Positions 12,680 to 26,000 of a stretch of DNA of 64,000 bases are shown one piece after another (positions within the stretch are counted from its first letter, which is position 1; each line of letters begins with the position of its first letter). The translations under genes and the position numbers were made by a program. The notes under the pieces are model-generated. The model saw only the letters and a list, made by a program, of their open reading frames with translations. It was not told where the DNA came from and made no database searches. Origin of the DNA: Mustelus asterias (lineage: Eukaryota); contig NW_027590217.1 in the NCBI RefSeq assembly GCF_964213995.1, positions 496,001 to 560,000 of the forward strand, in the 5' to 3' direction.

Positions 12680-13335
12680 CCTGAGTCTTCTGAGAAAGTA
12701 GAGGTGTTGGTGGGGCTTTCTTAAATAAAGTGTCGGCGTGGGGGGGACCAGGACAGGTTGTTGGTGATCTGGACACCTAAAAACCTGAAGCTCTCAATCC
12801 TTTCTACTTCATCCCCGTTGATGTAGACAGGGGCATGTTCTCCTTTACGCTTCCTGAAGTCGATGACTATCTCCTTCGTTTTGTTGACATTGAGGGAAAG
12901 ATTATTGTTGCTGCACCAGTTCACCAGATTCTCTGTCTCATTCCTGTACACTGTCTCGTCATTGTTTGAGATCCGACCCACTACGGTGGTGTCATCAGCA
13001 AACTTGAAAATCGAATTGGAGGGGAATTTGGCCGCACAGTTGTAGGGGTATAAGGAGTATAGTCGGGGGCTGAGAACACAGCCTTGTGGGGCACCGGTGT
13101 TGAGGATGATCGTGGAGGAGGTGTTGTTGCCTATCCTCACTGATTGTGGTCTGTGGGTTAGGAAGTTCAGGATCCAGTCCCAGATGGAGGTGCCGAGGCC
13201 CTGGCCACAGAGTTTGGCGATGAGTTTTGTGGGAATAATATGTTGAAGGCCGAGCTGTAGTCAATAAATAGGTGTCCTTGTTATCTAGGTGTTCCAGGGT
13301 TGAGTGCAGGGCCAGGGAAATGGCGCCTGCTGTGG
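12680..13335 (-). mobile_element. Rex1/Babar-type LINE RT fragment
   Basis: [22 protein letters not shown]...[20 protein letters not shown]...[19 protein letters not shown]. Confidence 0.9.
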
Positions 13336-16322
13336 GAGAGGGTGCCATGAGTTGCATTCTGGAGGGCAGGTCAGGAGCACCAAAGTGGGGGGTGACTATT
13401 TTTGGAGGGGTGTGTGCCCTCACTGTGTATGGGTCACGCACCCTCCTATTGGTGTGTCCCTTGCTTATTTATCACCATTTGAAATAAACTGTCAAAAACA
13501 GCCTCCGCACTCTGACCCGCCTGCCATTACCCAATGCTTTATAGCAGTGCAGGTGAATTGAGGCCCTTAATTCACAATTAATTGGGCTGTTGAGGGCCCC
13601 GTAGGCCTAAGGGTGGGTGGCCTAGGAGCTGGCTAACTCACCACCCTTCTGATGGTGAGCAGGTAGGGGTGGGGGGGAAGGAGGTGGGCTGGCACTGATA
13701 TAATTTAGATGCCTGTCGCACCCACCAAAGCCATAGCTGGGCCGAGGCTGTAAATTCCAGACCAGACTGTACCCTGGGTGGGGAACTTCAATACCCACGA
13801 GGAGCTTGGAAGCATCAGCATTGACTGCCTTGCATTCTTGTAATTCCTGCCTCTACGACTTTCCCGGCAGTGCATTCCCGACTCCCACCACCCTCTGGGT
13901 GAAAAAGCTTTTCCCCTCTCAACCTCCTGCCCCCTCATGATTGACCCTTCAACTCAGGGGAACAGCAGATTCCTATCCACCCTGTCCATACCCTTCACAA
14001 TCTTATACACCTCACTCAGATCCCCCCGAAAGCCTTCTCTGCTCGAAGGAAAACAGTCCCAGCCTAACCAGCCTCTCTTCATAGCTCAGATGCTCCATCC
14101 CAGGCGGCATTCTGGTGAATCTCCTCTGCACCCTCTCCAATGCAATCACATCCTTCCTATGATGTGGTGACCAGAACTGCACACAGTACTCCAGCTGTGG
14201 CCTAAGCAAAGTTTTTTACAGCTCCAAAATAACCTCCCTACTCTTATAATTTCTGCCATGAGTGATAAAGGCCAGTGTCCCGTAAGCTTTCTTAACTACC
14301 CTGTTCACCTGTCCTGCCACCTTCAGGGATCTGTGGACAAGCACCACAAGATCCCCCTGTTCCTCTGAGCTTCCTTGTGTCCTGCCGTTCAGGAGTACTC
14401 CCTTGTCTTGTTATTCTTTCCAAAGTGCATCACCTCGCACTTTTCAGGGTTAAATTCCATCTGCCACTGATCTGTCCATCTGAGCAACTCGTCTATATTT
14501 TCCAGCAACCGAGGACCCTCTTCCTCAGTATTAACCACCCTGCCAATCTTTGTGTCATCCGCACCTTACTGATTACCCCCCTCCCACATTCTCATCTATT
14601 TCGTTTATATATATCATGAACAGTAAGGGACCGAGCACTGGTACCTCTGGAACACCGGCCTCCAGTCACGCAAACAGCCATCTCCCACCACACTCTGTCT
14701 TCTCCCACTAAACTGTCTTCTACGGGTGGCACAGTGGTTAAGATTGCTGCCTCACAGCGCCAGGGACCCAGGTTCGATTCCCGGCTTGGGTCACTGTCTG
14801 TGTGGAGTTTGCACATTCTCCTTGTGTGTGCGTGGGTTTCCTCCGGGTGCTCCGGTTTCCTCCCACAGTCGGAAAGACATGCTGATTAGGTGCATTGACC
14901 ATGCTAAATTGCCCCTTAGTGTCAGGGTACATGCATGGGGATATGGGGTTATTGGGCCTGGATGGGATTGTGGTCGATGCAGACTCGATGGGCCGAATGG
15001 CCTCCTTCTGCACTGCAGGATTCTAAACCAGTTTTGGATCCAACTTGCCAAGTTACCTGGATCCCATTTGCTTTTACTTTCTTTATCAGTTTCCCATGTG
15101 GGATTAATTTTCTCCTTCAGAATTTTCTCCAATCACTGGTGTGAGACTCATTGCTCTTTAATTCCCTGGTTTTATCTCTACCATCTTTCTTGAAAAGTGG
15201 AACCACATTAGCGGTCCTCCAATCCTCTGGTACCTTCCCTGTGGGAATTAAATATTTGGGTCAGAGCCCCTGTACTTTCCTCCATTGCCTCCCACAACAG
15301 CCTGGGATACAACTTAACCGGACCTGGGGGAATTTGTCCACTTTTAAGCCCAATTAAACCTCCAATACCTGCTCGCACCCAACTTCAAACTGTTCAAGAG
15401 CCTCACAGTCTGTCTCACAGAATTCTGTACTGAAGTCCTCCAGCTCCCAAGCGAAGACAGACAAGAAGTACTCGGTTTAACACCTGACCAATGTCCTTCG
15501 GCTCCATGCAGTTTTCCCCCTTGGTCCCTAATGGGTCTGCTCCTTCTCTGGTTCTGCTCTTCCCTTTAACACACTTATAGAATATCTTGCGATTCTCCCG
15601 AATCCTACCCGCCAGTGTTTTCCATGCTCACAGTTTGCTCCTAATTACTTTCTTCTGTTTCCCTTCCCCCCGCTCTTTCTATTCTCCACTGAGGCCTCCA
15701 CTGATTCGCTCCCTTTGTACCTCTCTTTTCTTTCAAACCCAGTGCTGAATATTCTGAGATGTCCAGGGTTCTCTGGGCTTGCTGCTTCTACATTTCACTC
15801 CAAAGGGAACATGTTGGGCCTGTACTCCCCCCATTCCCTTTTCAATGCCCCCACTGCTCTGCTGTAGATTTTCCCACAAAAAGCTGTTCCCAGTCTACCT
15901 TGGCCGGATCCTGCTTCATTCCAATAAAATCTGCCTTTCCCAATCCAAAACCGTTTCTTTGGCAGACCATCTTTTTTCCTTTTCCATCATAAACTGAAAT
16001 CATACCAACTCAGACTCGAAACGTTGGCTCTATTCTCTCTCCACAGATGCTGTCAGACCTGCTGAGATTTTCCAGCGTTTTCTGTTTTTGTGTTGAATCG
16101 TACTGTGTTCTGGTCGCTATGATGAAAATGCTCCCCCACTGCCACCTCGAACACCTGTCCGGCCTCGTTCCCCAGAATTAGATCCAGCACTGTGCGCCAT
16201 CCCTTGTTCAACCTTCTACGTATTGACGTAAAAAGCTGTGCTGAATATATTTCACCAAATCTGCCCCCTCTAAACACTATGACTATCCCAATTAATGTTG
16301 GGGTAGTAGAAATCTCCCCTGA

Positions 16323-16728
16323 AATACAGAAGAATGAGGGGAGATCTTATAGAAACATATAAGATTATGAAGGGAATAGATAAGATAGAAGCAAGGAAGT
16401 TGTTTCCACTGGCGAGTGAATCTAGAACGAGGGGGCAAGGCCTCAAAATAAGGGGGAGCAGATTTAGGACTGAGTTGGGGAGGAACTTCTTCACACAAAG
16501 GGTTGTGAATCTGTGGAATTCCCTGCCCAGTTGAGGCTACCTCATTGAATGTTTTTAAGGCAAGGATAGATAGATTTTTGAACAGTGAAGGAGTTAAGGG
16601 TTATGGTGAGCGGGCGGGTAAGTGGAGCTGAGTCCATGAAAAGATCATCCATGATCTTATTGAATGGCGGAGCAGGCTCGAAGGGCCAGATGACCTACTC
16701 CTGCTCCTAGTTCTTATGTTCTTATGTT
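16323..16728 (+). mobile_element. CR1 3' fragment nested in the minus-strand CR1
   Basis: RGDLIETYKIMKG...FFTQRVVNLWNSLP; ends in (ttcttatg) repeats. Confidence 0.85.
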
Positions 16729-17049
16729 AAATCCCCTGATATATTTAGTTGTTATTTTTACACACCTCTGTGAAGTTTCCATATACCTGCTGCTCTGTTC
16801 CCGCTGAATCTTTGAGGGCCGATAATAGACTCCCAGCAATGTGACTGCTCCCTTTTTATTCCTAACCTCTGCCCACAAAGCCTCATTTGAAGACCCTTCC
16901 AAGATATCATCGCTCCTTACTGCAGTAACTGACTCCTTAATTCATAGTGTGACACCACCTCCTCTCTTACACCCTCCACTGTGTTGCCTGAAGATCCTAT
17001 ACCCTGGAATGCTGAGTTGCCAGTCCTGCTGCTCCCTCAACCATGGCTC

Positions 17050-17318
17050 TGATGTGGAGATGCCGGTGTTGGACTGGGATGGGACAGTAAGAAGTCTCAC
17101 AACACCAGGTTAAAGTCCAACAGCTCTATCTAGAATCACCAGCTTTTGGAGCGCTGCTCATCTGATGAAGGAGCAGCGCTCCAAAAGCTCGTGGCTTGTG
17201 CTACCAAATAAACCTGTTGGACTTTAACCTGGTGTTATCTGATGAAGGAGCAGTGCTCTGAAAGCTCGTGATTCCAGATAAACCTGTAGGACTTTAACCT
17301 GGTGTTGTGAGACTTCTT
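17050..17318. mobile_element. Short Penelope-derived element (one inverted plus two tandem terminal units) inside CR1
   Basis: Same caccaggttaaagtccaacag / ctgttggactttaacctggtg arms; two direct copies of ctgatgaaggagcag(c/t)gctc..aaagctcgtg. Confidence 0.8.
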
Positions 17319-18289
17319 CCTGTCTCTGTGATGGCAACAATATCAATTCCACATGCCAATCCACACCCTGAACTCATCAGCCTTACCTATAATACTCCCA
17401 GCAGTAAAGTAGAGGCCATCCAGACTCACCTTACCCCCTTGAAACTCAACCTGGCTGAACTCCCTCTATCTTGGTTCCTTTCCTATAATACGCTGTGTTC
17501 CTATTGTACAATGCTCTGTGCCCCTCCGACTGCTGAACTAGTTTAAACTCCTCACGAGCAAACCCACCCGCCAGGATCTTGGTCCCATTCTGGTCCAGGT
17601 GCAGACCGTCCTGTTTGTACATGTCCCACCTTCCCCAGAAATGCTCCCAGCGATCCAGAAACCTAAAACCTTCCCTCTTGCACCAACTCTTGAGCAATGC
17701 ATTCATCTGCCTTATTCTCCTATTTCTGTACTCACTAGCATGTGGCACCGGGGGTGTATATTCTATATCTGGTTCTAGGATATAATCTTACACTATTTGA
17801 AGTCGGGGATTGCCAAGGGGTTGAGTACACTCCCGTCCCCTCCAATATCTGTTTTTGGGGAGGTTTCCTGTAATGACTGCACTGGAAGAGATTCCTTCAA
17901 ACGTGGGACTGGCACACAGACCAATATCTGCGATATTTTCCACCACTCTTTGTACTGGGGGTAGTCACATCATACCTGGGATGGATATTTTTTACAATAT
18001 TTGTTCCAGTATTATTTTGAAGCATTCTCTGATACCTGGTCTTCGGATGGATTCCCCCGATATCTGTTTTGTGAGTGTATTCCCCAAATATCTGGTCTGA
18101 GTGTGTATTACCTGGTATCTGGTCATGGGATGAATTCCATCAATATCTGGTCCTGGAATGTATTGCCTCAATATCTGGTTCTGGGATGTATTCCCAATTT
18201 CTCATCCTGGGGTTAATTCCCAGATATCTCAACCTGGGATGTAATCCCCCAATATTTAGTCCTGTGGTTTACCTCACTATCTTGTCCTG

Positions 18290-19205
18290 GGATTCATTCC
18301 CTCAGTATCTGGGCCTGGGGTGCATTCCCTCAGTCTCTGGGCTGGGATGCATTCCCTCAGTATCTGGGCCTGGGATGTATTCCCTCAGTATCTAGGCCTG
18401 GGATGTATTCCCTCAGTATCTGGGCCTGGGGTGTATTCCCCCAGTATCTGGGCCTGGGGTGCATTCCCTCAGTATCTGGGCCTGGGGTGCATTCCCCCAG
18501 TATCTGGGCCTGGGGTGCATTCCCTCAGTATCTGGGCTGGGATGCATTCCCTCAGTATCTAGGCCTGGGATGTATTCCCTCAGTATCTGGGCCTGGGATG
18601 TATTCCCTCAGTATCTGGGCCTGGGGTGCATTCCCCCAGTATCTGGGCCTGGGGTGCATTCCCTCAGTATCTAGGCCTGGGGTGCATTCCCTCAGTATCT
18701 AGGCCTGGGATGTATTCCCTCAGTCTCTGGGCCTGGGGTGCATTCCCCCAGTATCTGGGCCTGGGGTGCATTCCCTCAGTATCTGGGCCTGGGGTGCATT
18801 CCCTCAGTATCTAGGCCTGGGATGTATTCCCTCAGTATCTGGGCCTGGGGTGCATTCCCTCAGTATCTGGGCCTGGGGTGCATTCCCCCAGTATCTAGGC
18901 CTGGGATGTATTCCCTCAGTATCTGGGCTGGGATGCATTCCCTCAGTATCTGGGCCTGGGGTGCATTCCCCAAGTATCTGGGCCTGGGGTGCATTCCCCC
19001 AGTATCTGGGCCTGGGGTGCATTCCCTCAGTATCTGGGCCTGGGGTGCATTCCCCCAGTATCTGGGCCTGGGGTGCATTCCCTCAGTATCTGGGCCTGGG
19101 GTGCATTCCCCCAGTATCTGGGCCTGGGGTGCATTCCCTCAGTATCTGGGCCTGGGGTGCATTCCCTCAGTATCTGGGCCTGGGGTGCATTCCCTACGTA
19201 TCTGG
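18290..19205 (+). repeat. 28-bp minisatellite TGCATTCCCTCAGTATCTGGGCCTGGGG
   Basis: About 30 near-perfect tandem copies flanked by degenerate relatives (gggatgtattccc...atatctgg). Confidence 0.97.
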
Positions 19206-19294
19206 TGCCTGGAAGTGTTCCCCCGTTATCTGTCCACCTATGATCACGTTGTGGGGGTATTCCCTCAGCTTTGGCACACTTGGAATCTTAACTA

Positions 19295-21830
19295 TAGCGT
19301 CGGCGTGGAGGGACCTGGACAGATTGTTGGTGATCTGAACACCTAGAAGCTCTCGACCATCTCCATTTTATCACCTTTGATGTAGACAGAGGCATGTCCT
19401 CCATTACAGTTTCCTGAAGTCGATGACTACCTCCTTCGTTTTACTGACATTGAGGGAGAGATTATTGTCGCACCATTTCACCAGCTTCTCTATCTCTTTC
19501 CTGAACTCCATCTCGTCATTGTCTGACGTCTGACCCACTGCGGGGGTGTCATCAGCAAAATGGAGTTGGAGCAGAATCTGGCCACACAGACATAGGTGTA
19601 AAAGTGGCTGAGGACACAGCCTTACGGGGCACTGATGTTGAGGATAATCGTGGAGGAGTGTCATTAACTGACCTTATTGATTGCGGTCTGTGGGTGAGGA
19701 AGTTTAGGAGTCAGTCACAGAGAGAGGGGCCGAGCCCGAGGCCACGGAGTTTGGAGATGAATTTTGCGAGAGTAATGGTGTTGAACGCTGAGCTGCAGTT
19801 GTAGAAACATAAAAGATAGGAGCAGGGGGAGGCCATTCGGCCTTTTGAGCCTGCTCCGCCATTCATTACGGTCATGGTTGATCATCCAACTCAATAGCCT
19901 AATCCTGCTTTCTCCCCATAACCTTTGATCCCGTTCGCCCCAAGTGCTATAACCAGCCACCTCTTGAATATATTCTATGTTTTGGCATCAACTACTTCCT
20001 GTGGTAATGAATTCTACAGGCTCACCACTCTCTGGGTGAAGAAATGTCTCCTCACCTCCGTCCTAAATGGTCTACCCCGAATCCTCAGACTGTGACCCCT
20101 GGTTCTGGACTCCCCACCATCGGGAACATCCTCTCTCCATCTACCCTGTCTAGTCCTGTTAGAATTTGATAAGTCTCTGCGTTTCCCCCAGATTCGTCTG
20201 AACTCCAGCGAAAACAATCCTAACCTCGTCAATCTCTCCTCATACATCAGTCCCGCCATCCCCGGAATCTTCCTGGTAACCCTTCGCTGCACTCCCTCGA
20301 GAGCAAGATCATCCTTCCTCAGAAAAGGAGACCAAAACTGCACACAATACTCTAGGTGTGGCCTCACCAAGGCCCTGTAACATTGCAATTACATATCCGT
20401 GCTCCTGTGCTCGAAACATCTTGCAATGAAGGCCAACATGCTATTTGCCTTCCTTACTGCCTGCTGCACCTGCATGCTACCTTCAGCGACTGGTGCACAA
20501 GGACACCCAGGTCCCGCTGCTCACTCCCTTCCCCCAATTTATCGATAAATAGAAGTCTGACATAAGTGTCCTTATTACCCTGGTGTTCCAGGGTTGAGTG
20601 TAGGGCCAGGGAGATGGTGGCTGCTGTGGACCTGTTGCGGTGATAGGTGAACTGTAATGGATCCAGGCAATCTGTGAGGCTGGAGTTGATCTGTACCATG
20701 ACGAACCTTTCGAAGCACTTCATAATGATGGATGTCAGAGCCACCAGGCGGTAGTCATTAAGGCACACTGCCTGGTTTTCCTTTGGTACAGGGATGATGG
20801 TTGTCTTCTTGAAGCAGGTAGAACCTCAGATCAGAGTAAGGGGAAGTTAAAGATGTCTGCGAATACCCCGCCAGCTACTTCATGCAGGATCCAAGTGCTC
20901 CTCCAGGGATCCCATCCGGACCAGTCGCTTTCTGTGGGTTAACTTACAAGAAAGCCGGTCTGACATCTGCGATGGTGACCTTGGATACCGGTCCGACTGA
21001 GGCTGTCGGGGCGAATGACGTCCTCTTGCTGACCCCCTGCTCAAAACGAGCATCGAATACATTGAGATCATCGGGGAGGGGTGCTTTGATGCCGGCGATT
21101 CTACTCATAGAATCATGGAATCCTAGAGTGCAGAAGGAGGCCATTTGGCCCATCGAGTCTTCACTGACCACAATCCCACCTAGGCCCTATCGCCATAACA
21201 CCATGCATTTACCCTAGCTCGTCCCCCTGACACTAAGGGGCAATTTAGCATGGCCAATCCACCTAACCTGCACATCTTTAGACTGTGGGAGGAAACAGGA
21301 ACATACGGAGGAAACTCACACAGACACAGGGAGAAGATGCAGACTCCACACAGACAGTGACCCAAGCCGGGAATTGAACCCAGGTCCCTGGCGCTGTGAG
21401 GCAGCAGTGCTAACCATTGTACCACCGTACTCACCTTCACCTTGTAGCCTGTTATGTCGTATCGACCTTGCCACAATCAGTGGGTGTTCGTGTGGCTCGC
21501 CTGGGACACCAGCTTGGTCTGGTATTGTCTCTTGGCATCATTGATGGTTCTCTGTAGATCATATCTGGGTTACTCGTGCAGGTCAGTGTCACCCAACTTG
21601 AACACCTCAGGCCTGGATTTCAGTAAGCAGTGGATATCCCTGTTCATCCATGGTTTCCGGTTGGGAAACACACAGGTTAGTTTCTTTGGCACCCAGTCTT
21701 CTACACACTTACTGATGAAGTCTGATACTGTCGTGACGTACTCATTCAGGTTGGTCGCTGAGTTCTTAAATGATGACCAGGCTCCTGACTCGAAGCCGTC
21801 CCATAGGAAATCATCCGATCCGAATCAGAC
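19295..21830 (-). mobile_element. Rex1/Babar-type LINE, interrupted by CR1 and a SINE
   Basis: FADDTPAVG..NNLSLNVSKTKEVVIDFRK; [20 protein letters not shown]...LDPLQFTY; DFISKCVEDWVPKK..VFPNRKPWMN. Confidence 0.88.
19802..20540 (-). mobile_element. CR1 3' fragment nested in a Rex1/Babar element
   Basis: [23 protein letters not shown]...FFTQRVVSL. Confidence 0.88.
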
Positions 21831-21949
21831 CAACATTGCACGACTTTCTTTATCGGATTCTCCCGCTTGGTGAAGTAACAGACTTTTCATTAGTATGTGT
21901 GAAGTGTGATGTTAGTGAAGTAACAGACTCCATTAGCAGTACACCAGTC

Positions 21950-22625
21950 ACACTGGAAGCAAGCATGCAGGTACAGCAAGCAGTTCGGAAGGCAAATGGT
22001 ACATTGGCCTTCATTGCGAGAGGATTTGAGTACAGGAGCAGGGACCTGTTACTGCAGTTGTACAGGCCCTCAGTGACACCCAACCTGGAATATTGTGTGC
22101 AGTTTTGCCCTCCTTATCTGAGAAAGGATATACTTGCCAGAGAGGGAGAGCAGCGAAGGTTCACCAGACTGATTCTTAGGATAATCGTATGAGGAGAAAT
22201 TGGATCGACTGTATCTGTATTCACTGGAATTCAGAAGAATGAGAGGGGATCTCATCGAAACTTTTCAAATCCTGATGGGGCTGGACAGACTGGATGTATG
22301 GATCTTGTTTCCTTTGGCTGTTGGGGGGGCGTCTAGAACAAGGGGTTACAGACTCCAGATATGGGGGAGGTCATTTAGGACTGAGATGAGGAGAAAAGTC
22401 TTCACTCCGAGGGTGGTGATCCTGTGTAATTCTCTAACACAGGAGGCTGTGGAGGAGAAGTCACTGAATCAATTCAGGAAGGAACTGGATAGATTTCTCA
22501 TCTCTAATGGTGTCAAGGGGATGGGAGCGAGCGGGAGTATGATGATGAGATAGTGGATCATCCATTTTCATATTGAATGGCGGAGCAGGTTGGAAAAGCC
22601 GAAAGATGTACTTCTGCTCATGTTT
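21950..22625 (+). mobile_element. CR1 3' fragment
   Basis: [26 protein letters not shown]...LEYCVQF...RRMRGDLIETF. Confidence 0.88.
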
Positions 22626-22646
22626 GGTTTGTTTCGGTGCCTCTAT

Positions 22647-22834
22647 GGGTGGGATTTTCCGGCCCTTCCCGCCGGCGTGGATCTTCCAGTCCTGCCGAAG
22701 GTGAGACCCCGCGGCAGGTTCCCTGGCCACAGGGACGGGCGAGTTACACAAAATGTCACAGACATCAGCGGGTCCGATAGCCAGTCTCCTCCGTCACTGG
22801 AAATCACACCATGGGAGGGGTGGAAAATCCCACG
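22647..22834. mobile_element. Short MITE-like element of a related TIR type (another at ~33795-33923)
   Basis: gtgggattttcc ... ggaaaatcccac inverted ends. Confidence 0.6.
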
Positions 22835-23508
22835 CTTTGTAACAGGGAAGGTGATGGCCCAGTGGTTTTATCACTGAACTATTAATCCAGAAACTCAGCG
22901 AATGTTCTGGGGACCCGGGTTCAAATCCTGTCATGGCAGGTGGTGGAATTTGAATTCAAGAAAAGAAATCTGGAATTAAGAATCTACTGAAACCATTGTC
23001 GGAAAAACCCATCTGGTTCACTGATGTCCTTTAGGGAAGGAAACCTGCCATCCTTACCTGGCCTGCATGTGACTCCAGAGCCACAGCAATGTGGTTGACT
23101 CTCAACTGCCCTCTGAACAAGGGCAATTAGGGATGGGCAATAAATGCTGGCCCAGCCAGCGATGCCCATGTTCCACGAATGAATATAAAAAGAAACAGTG
23201 ACGTCAGCAGTCAATGCGAGAGAGACTCTGTACAGCAGACAGAGCCAGCAGCACTCAGGAGAGGTGGAGCCAGTAACCCATCATGTATATGGTGTCAGTA
23301 GTGTAAATAAACCAGTTTGAAGGAACCACTCGAAACAGGCTGCAGTCTCTCTGGAGAAGATGAACATTACGCTGCCAGTATATGAAACAGTTTTTCCCCC
23401 ATTACCTTGTCCTGAGGTTTGTTTCCCCAGGATCCAGTCCTAACAAACTCCCAGTGCTTGTACTGGGATTGCTGACTGTTGGGAGTTGAGTTGAGTGTTG
23501 TGTTGGGT

Positions 23509-23821
23509 GGGCGGCACGGTGGCACAGTGGTTAGCGCTGTTGCCTCACAGCGCCAGGGATCTGGGTTCGATTCCCGGCTTGGGTCACTGTCTGTGCGGAG
23601 TTGGCACATTCTCCTCGTGTCTGCGTGGGTTTCCTCCGGGTACTCCGGTTTCCTTCCACAGTCCGAAAGACGTTCTGATTGGGTGTGTTGGGCCGTGCTA
23701 AATTCTCCCTCCGTGTGCCCGAGCAGGCGCCGGAGTGTGGCGACTCGGGGATTTTCACAGTAACTTCATTGCAGTGTTAATGTAAGACAACTTTTGACAC
23801 TAATAAATAAACTTTAAACTT
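23509..23821 (+). mobile_element. HE1-type SINE with alternative 3' tail (also 5968-6247, 54210-54515, 60176-60486, 60647-60933)
   Basis: Same head and central domain, but tail ggagtgtggcgact.ggggattttcacagtaacttcattgcagtgttaatgtaag...gacactaataaataaacttt. Confidence 0.85.
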
Positions 23822-24347
23822 GGTTCACTGATAACTTGGGACTGGGATTCTCTTCAGATCAGTTTTCAAACACAGAGAAATTGCTCTGTTCAGTTTGCTG
23901 GATTTGAATCAGTGTGACCCCTTTTACAATAAAAACTACACTTATTATTTCCCATCTTTGTTTATTCATGGACATTTAAAACAATCTACATGAGCTGTGT
24001 ATTAATTTAATATTGTGCACAGTTTTGTCAAAGTTGCCAAGGGCCCTGATTCTCGCTTTGAGCTTTATAAAGTGAGAGTTTGATGAGAGGTCCTGGGTTC
24101 AAATCTAGGACGAGCCTTCATTGGACTGTCATTTCATATTGGCGAAGTCATGGATTTTGGGGCTGGCACATCGGCACAGTGGTTAGCACTGCTGCCTCAC
24201 AGCGCCAGGGACCCAGATTCAATTCCAGCCTCGGGTCACTGTCTGTGTGGAGTTTGCACGTTCTCCCCGTGTCTGCGTGGGTTTCCTCCGGGTGCTCCAG
24301 TTTCCTCCCACAGCCTGAAAGATGTGTGGGTTAGGTGAATTGGCCGT

Positions 24348-26000
24348 GCTAAATTGACCCTTCGTGTCAGGGGGATTAGCAGGGTAAAAATGTGGGGTGA
24401 TGGGTATAGGGCCTGGGTGGGGTTGTTGACGGTGTCGGCTCGATGGGCTGAATGGCCTCCTCCTGCCCTGTCGGGATGCTATGATTCTCTGAAATAAATT
24501 CTGTTAGCTTTGTTTCTGAACTTATTCCAATGAGGGACGGTAATTGAGATGAAGGATACACAATAACCACACATCAATGTTTTATTTTCTTTTAAAGTAC
24601 CACATTGTACCTTTATTGACCATTTCCAATTTATAATACGTGTACAGAAAATTCCATGTTACCATCCACTGTGGATTTTATATTATTTTATATCCTCTCC
24701 CTCTCTCTCTCTCTCTCTGCCTCTCAATCTCTCTCCCTCCTCTCTCTCTTTCCCTGTCTCACTCTCTCTCCCTTTCCCACCCCACCTTCCCTTCCTATGT
24801 CCTCTCTCCGCCCACCCCACACGGCACAGAGACAGAAGCTGGGATTCCCGACTCGGCTGCACTTTGTACAAACAGGCTGCCCCGGGCAGTCGGCTGAAAT
24901 GAGAGAAGCAAAGAGCACAAAACAGGAAGCAGGCGGCCAGGCTGTTTCTGTGAGCGATGGAGTGTGTAAGGTCAGCATTCATTCATCTCATTGACTGAAT
25001 TTGGAGATGGAGGATGTGTGGGGGTGGGAGGGGCTGCTGTTGCTCAGGAACAGATTGTGTTGTCTGGGAATCAATGCTGGAGCTGCCTGTCTCACACACA
25101 TTGCTGCAATAGGTGGAAATAAATTGTAATATAGTGGGAGAGAGAGAGAGAGAATGAGGAGGGGGAAAAGAGGGGAGGACCGTGTTCTTCTGGAGTGGGA
25201 GAGAGAGAGAGGCAGGAATTAGAGGAAAGGAGATTAAATGGAATTGGGGAGAGAGTGAGGGAGGGTGAAATAGAGGGTAAGAGTGTGTTACAAAGTGGGA
25301 AAGAGAGAGAGACAGAGGAGGAGGAGGAATTAGAGGGATGACAAAGTGAGAGAGGATTTAGGGAGAAGAGTAAGTGTGGGGGAGAGAGAGAGAGAGAGAG
25401 AGCACAAAAGGAAGTTGACTGAATGATGAGATGGAGTTCAAGTGTGAGAGGGAAGTGTGAGAGGGGCGGCACGGTGGCACAGTGATTAGCACCGCTGACC
25501 CACAGCCCCTGGGACCTGGGTTCAATTCTGGCTTCGGGTCACTGTCTGTGTGGAGTTGGCACGTTCTCCCTGTGTCTGCGTGAGTTTCCTCCGGTTGCTC
25601 CGGTTTCCTCCCACAGTCCAAAGATGCGCAGGTTAGGTTGATTGGCCATGATAAATTGACCCTCGTGTTAGGGGGATTAGCAGAGTAAACATGTGGGGTT
25701 AGGGGAATAGGCCCTGGGTGGGATTGTGGTCGGTGCAGACTCGATGGGCTGAATGGCCTCCTCCCGCACTGTCAGGATGCTGTGAATCTATGAAATAAAT
25801 TCAAATATGATCTAATCTCTTGGAAAAGAACCTGACTGGATTGTATTAGAATTGATCCACCAATAGATTGTATTATGATTTATTTATCATCCTGTGAATT
25901 GTATTATTAATCGTTTCCCAGTGTTGTGTGTTGAAATGTTTTCCGGTAAATTCCACTGTGACGCTGTCCCAATTTACATTCCTGAAGAGAAGTAGAATTT
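24348..26000 (+). repeat. Local segmental duplicate, copy 2
   Basis: As above; carries an extra SINE at 25464-25792 absent from copy 1. Confidence 0.93.

Larger units (their letters stand above)
13850..17750 (-). mobile_element. Degenerate, internally deleted CR1 LINE spanning ORF1 to 3' region, with nested insertions
   Basis: ORF1 SGNH-esterase-like CKREGFRFLDRWEHFWGRWDMYKQDGLHL (17446-17748); APE segment EALWAEVRNKKGAVTLLGVYYRP (16714-16902); ORF2 C-terminus [25 protein letters not shown] (14012-14209). Confidence 0.9.

Noticed and set aside
18320-19346. W/P/G-rich ORFs up to 202 aa
   Set aside because: Reading frames of the 28-bp minisatellite.
23195-23372. Possible solo LTR (contains aataaa)
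   Set aside because: No clear TG...CA ends, target duplication or second copy in the window.
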